From Azolla caroliniana (Eukaryota > Plantae > Polypodiophyta): a stretch of 64,000 nucleotides of DNA. The stretch is taken from NCBI GenBank assembly GCA_043228905.1, contig JBHGNT010000014.1:13516001-13580000 (forward strand), given 5' to 3'. Positions within the stretch are counted from its first letter, which is position 1; each line of letters opens with the position of its first letter. A model generated the notes under the pieces. The model did not search any database, was not told the DNA's origin, and saw only the letters and a program-made list of their open reading frames with translations. A program made the translations under genes and the position numbers. Of the stretch, positions 59,433 through 64,000 are shown piece after piece.

Positions 59433-60900
59433 TCCAAGCTATCAGTACCAATAAGGTAACCTAAGTGCTAACACACATTCAGTTGATCCAATATTTGCCA
59501 ACATAATCCAAGATCAACCAAATCACTTAAAGTGCATCTAATATCCCACAACTCCAAGCACTAACTTCTGCTACTACTTTGGCCAAAAATCTCGCACAGC
59601 CTAACCATTAATTATATTGGTCTCCATTGAATAAAGGGCATAAGAGATGCAACTTTTAGTGTAAGTTTAACAAGACCAAATTTCCATGATTTAGGTATCT
59701 TGGCAAAACTCCTCACTTCTTGGAACAACATTGTAAGAGGACATTTGAGTTTTTCCTCAAAAATTTCTAGAAACTCATTTGTAATTCTATCCCAACCCAT
59801 AATTTTATCATCTAAAAGATTTGAAAATACACACTCCACCTCTTCTTCCTTTGTATCCTCTTCTAAGGAATCATGACATGTTGCATAACATTATTACCCT
59901 TGATTGATTCAAATAGCATTAATCGTGCTTGCCTCGTTTCATCATTGTAGGGAACATTCTTAGCCCAAACTAGTTATGAAATGTTTAACACAATTATCAA
60001 TATTTATTTGGGGCTTTGTATTAAAAGTTCCATCAATCTGTAGGCATACCACATTCATTATAACATGGGATGCATGCAACCCAAGAAAGTGTTTATGTGA
60101 TTAACAATTGTGATCATGTAATTAATTTTTCATGCCCATCACACAACATTGTTGATAACTACAAACCTCTAGATCTTGTAAAGCTTGAGACAGCATCCAT
60201 TGAATATCTAACAACAAATCATCAAATGGGATTGAGACAAAAAATGCATTACACTTGTCTAGAATTTGTTGGATTAATCTCATCTTTCGTTTGCGGATAG
60301 ATGCTTCAAAAATCCCATAACAACATGGAAAATGTTAAATATTAGAAAAACAAATATAATGACAAAACACCATAGACATTGACTAATCTAGCAAACTATC
60401 CCACCAATTTTCCCATAGCATGTCGAAAATTATCATGTCTAAGAAAAGAAGTTTAAATGTAAGTGGTTGTCTTCCCAATAAGAATCTAAAACCATCCACT
60501 ATTTGATGTGTGCATTTCAAAACACCTTGAAAATATCAAATGATCCAATCCCTCTATACACTTGTGTAGTCAAAAACCTTTGTAAAAATGTCTCATTATG
60601 CATTATATAAATGTTATCTAATCTACTCCAAGTTTATCTATGTTTAATAGATTGAAATTTATAACCAAAATAAGTTCCATTGATCATCCAAGTCCATCCA
60701 TCATACGTTACAACCTCCACTATAAACAAATTTGAAGCCTCTCTTTCATTCATTGGTTCCCCCCATCCCCCCGAGAAAACAACAAAACATTTGTGGGGGA
60801 CCATTAATGTGGACACACTTGCACCACTCAGCCTCTCCCTTGCTAAAGTAGAAAACCAAAGAGCAATCAAACGCCCTTGGATATCGAGCTTCGAATCACT
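59433..60900 (-). pseudogene. Highly degenerate L1-clade LINE ORF2 remnant (endonuclease end to RT start)
   Basis: SRLDxIY-like motif near 60620; GWDRITNEF...SWKFGLVKL...WRPI at 59612-59839. Confidence 0.6.
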
Positions 60901-61159
60901 CATTATCGTGTAGAAGCAATTAAGAAGATAAGGGAATGGGAGTTGAACCTTGCCTTGAAGCTATGGTCGTGATACCATTTACATAGTGACCATGGAGCAC
61001 ACCCTCATCGAAACCCTTCAATCCCTTACTCCATTTCAAGGGACTTGGATGGAAATGAAACTAGTCTCAACACATGGCCATTTCCATTATAGAACAACAT
61101 GCTACACCTCACATTGAAACTCGTTTATTCATGTTTATTTCGTTTTCATTTTCGAGTAT

Positions 61160-61426
61160 TGTAACCAGTTGTGTTATGGGCCAAATTTGGTCAATGGCTC
61201 GGCTCAAGCTTAAACCGAGTTGTTTAGCTGCATTCAAACGGTTCGACGGTTCGGTTGGGGTTCAGGTTTGAGGTTCCCAAACCGGTTTGAGCTGGGTTTG
61301 GCTAGGGGTCAAGCCGAACCAAAACCGTTTTGGGCCAAACCGGTTAGGGCTTAAAGTTTGAGTTGTACTTCCCAACCGGTTAAGCCGAAACCGGTTAAGC
61401 CGAAACCGAACCGTTGCCTATTCCTA
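61160..61426. mobile_element. Second hAT-type end, same orientation as 59270-59432
   Basis: Ends CCGAACCGTTGCCTATTCCTA; many AAACCG/CGGTT motifs. Confidence 0.6.
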
Positions 61427-61542
61427 GCCGGATTCTCGTAAGCCTTTAGAAGAAGACAGTACAATACCTTTCTTTCTTTTGTCTCTCAGAGAGTCAGTCA
61501 GTGTGAGTGAGAGTAGTAGCAGTAGTAGACAGGTTCTCGGCG

Positions 61543-63940
61543 ATGGCAATTCTGGAGCTCGACACGCACCCTGGCCAAACCTTGGCGTTGTTCCTCTTCA
61601 GCGACGTATCGAACAGCAGGTTCTTCTTCCTTCCTTTCCTTTCCTTTCTCCGTAACTGTGTCTTCTTTCTTCACTTCCTAACTGGCTTCTCATCATCATC
61701 ATCATCTTCTTCTTATTCTTCTTCTTCTTGCCCTCTCCCCAGAGAGCTTCTGCAGGCAGTCCAGCAAGGTTCTTTGGTTCCTGAGCTTTCTCTCTTCAAC
61801 GCATCCCTGGTAAGTCGCACTATGTCTTCCTTAGTTGTGTCCTTATGAGAGGTCGCAACTCTACGGAGATATTCGAAGAGATTTCACGTCGGAGCTGGCC
61901 CTTACTGTCTTCGGCGTCATTGCAGAAAATGTGCAAAACTTCGAGAGTCCATGGAACAAACATGCATAGAAGTGCGAACAAATGCATTGAATATGTTAAG
62001 TAGAATGAAGGAAACTAATAAGGAGATTGAACAATTTTCATGTCAAGACTATTTCTGTGGTTTCCATAGAGTGCAAGTAATGTGGAATAAACATGGCCAA
62101 TTGGAGCACACATATTTAGAAGATCAAAAAATCCATTAAACATCCTAAGCACAATGAAAGAAGTTAATGTGAAATTCAAACAAATTTCATGTCAAAGTTG
62201 CATTACCCTTTGGCTTCCATATTATGACGAAATGTGCCAATGAAGAAGCATAAAAGTGACGTTGGTTAACCTAAAATTATCAAGGATATTCCTTTGAGTT
62301 TGAAGCTAAGTTCAAAGGAGGGGAAAGCATATTAGAATTTTCAATGAGAAATTGGAAGTTGGAGCATACTTTGATACTGATTGTGTGTTTTGATTATCTA
62401 ACACAGCCATTTTTGTGGTGTGTCTGGAACTTTTTCTTTTGTATGGGTAAATGCTGTTCTTTTAGTATTCTGTTTCTTTCATTACATTGTGCATTCAAAA
62501 CAAAAAGCTCAAAAAACTGTTGTTTTTTGTTTTTCATGCAAACCAACAGTGTCTTGGGATCTTCTAAAACTCATATGACCAATGATTTTATCCATATTGT
62601 CTTTTCTACCACACAAAACAGAATAAATTGTATAATTTATATTTAAAATTTCGAACGTGCAAAGTTAGAAAAACAAGTTTTACCCATAAGTTCAAATTCC
62701 TGTATTTGAAATTTGTTTACTTAATGGAAAATGTAGCAAATTTGAAAGTTTTGCTTCGAAATAACTTTGTTCACCAAGTGTACAGATAACTTTTTTTTCT
62801 TTACAAACGCAAATCAGCCTTTTTCTGAACTCTTGTGAATCGGAGTCTCTTATGTTACTCATTGGTAGGTACCAGATACCTTTCCTTTGCTAGCTGCAGC
62901 GGATAAGACATTGCTAGCTCAAAAACGAGGCAGTTTAGTCACCCGAACTCTTCCTTCTGAATTTATTTACAACTATTCTGGTTCAAAGCATGTTAGTGGC
63001 CTTATATTTAGATTTTATAAACTCAGCAATTTCATTTGGTACAATATTCCAGTGTTAATGAGCTGCTTTACTTTCATTTTATTGACACCAGATCACAGAA
63101 TCACTACGAAGATGTGGTATCACAGAAAGCTCAAACTATATTTTGGTTGCCCGATTTAATGCAACACCTGAAGAGGTATTTCTTGAAAGGTGGTCATTTT
63201 TGTCATGTGTTGATATTTCACATTACTTCCTGTCCTTGGTAATACATATTGTCTTTGATCTTTCTGTGAATATATTGCAGTGTTATATTATACTTTTGAT
63301 TCGTGAGCTATAAAGAGTCTTATTGAATGTACTCCTAAGGCTATATGGTATGTAATGAGGTTTAGAAACATAATATTCATAACATAATATCCATGGTACA
63401 TGATGAGAAATTGAGAGATCCTTACTACCATGGGGACTTCGAACAAAATTCTGGAAACAACATTACCTTGGCGTTTTAAAATTAAATTTTTTTTTCTCTC
63501 TCAATGCCACCAAATACTGCTTTTCAAGTACAATTGCCCTATCTATATGGGTTCAAAGGTTTGTAAAATAAATGAAAAGCAATTCAACTGCCTTAGTTCT
63601 GCTCTTTCTCAAAGGTTATGTCTAAGAAATGTTCTTCTCTAACTTTGACTTCCAAGATGTTTCCATTTCATTTTTCTTATGGAAATATCCAAAAAGTGCA
63701 CAAGCTTTGAGTTATCATTCATTACATCAACTATATGAAAAACCATCCTCTTGCATAAAAGTCTACATTTCTCTCATGGAAATGATTTTAAATGACGATT
63801 GATTGAAGTGTGTCATTTCTTCCATAAATATATGTATACTCTACTCTACTTAGGTTGACATGGCAAGAAAACTAGTACATGGTAATGAAATTGATTTGAA
63901 AGAGTTGGAGTCAAGAGCAGACAAGTCCTTGATACAGAAG
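61543..63940 (+). CDS. CGI121: EKC/KEOPS subunit CGI121/TPRKB; exons 61543-61619, 61743-61809, 62869-62991, 63092-63175, 63854-63940; last exon beyond the window
   Basis: GT-AG introns give an in-frame splice product MAILELDTHPGQTLALFLFSDVSNSRELLQAVQQGSLVPELSLFNASLVPDTFPLLAAADKTLLAQKRGSLVTRTLPSEFIYNYSGSKHITESLRRCGITESSNYILVARFNATPEEVDMARKLVHGNEIDLKELESRADKSLIQK, which matches plant CGI-121 motifs (TRTLxSE, YNYSGSKHITESL, CGI). Confidence 0.93.
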
Positions 63941-64000
63941 GTATGATTAATTTTATTTCTATTCTAGGGTTGGATTCCATTTTTCTTTTTCATGTAAAAT

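Noticed and set aside
60935-60995. Minus-strand A/B-box-like pair upstream of the L1 remnant
   Set aside because: Shorter spacing (36 nt), degenerate and single-copy; may be a SINE head but cannot be supported.
61543-63940. Functional link between the KEOPS tRNA-modification gene and the neighbouring frameshifting or tRNA-like elements
   Set aside because: Adjacency in a eukaryotic genome with intervening unrelated TEs is not evidence of a system.
1-64000. CRISPR arrays, rRNA genes, hammerhead ribozymes, env-like ORFs
   Set aside because: No regular repeat-spacer array, rRNA similarity, complete CUGANGA/GAAA core or extra membrane-protein ORF was seen by eye; a covariance-model search was not possible.

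Overview
Eukaryotic land-plant DNA, most likely a non-seed plant such as a bryophyte (inferred from the element lineages and the single host gene). About 59 kb is a deep nest of LTR retrotransposons; I resolved most boundaries from LTR pairs, PBS/PPT sites and target-site duplications (TSDs). The nests are: chromovirus B (1-9760) containing GC-rich Ty3/gypsy A1; copia H containing a solo LTR; copia F containing a LINE fragment and copia G, which carries two solo LTRs C1/C2; and a four-level nest gypsy K > copia I > Tat-like gypsy E > gypsy A2, with copia J also inside I and solo LTR L inside K. Degenerate chromovirus D, hAT-type ends, an L1 remnant and the first five exons of a host CGI121/TPRKB (KEOPS) gene follow. 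The main result is that all five insertions with TGTCG...CGACA-type termini (A1, A2, C1, C2, L) have 4-bp TSDs centred on CpG (ACGT, CCGG, CCGA, ACGC, CCG[C/T]), whereas the five other LTR insertions with a resolved TSD all have 5-bp TSDs. The coding member of this group (A) also has a D(34)E integrase lacking one residue at the target-DNA-contacting position, a tRNA-Trp PBS, a D-H-G protease, and a putative -1 frameshift (G GAT TTT plus a pseudoknot) placed after the protease. Separately, tRNA-type Pol III A/B-box cassettes with exact tRNA spacing lie in the U3 of otherwise unrelated LTR families.
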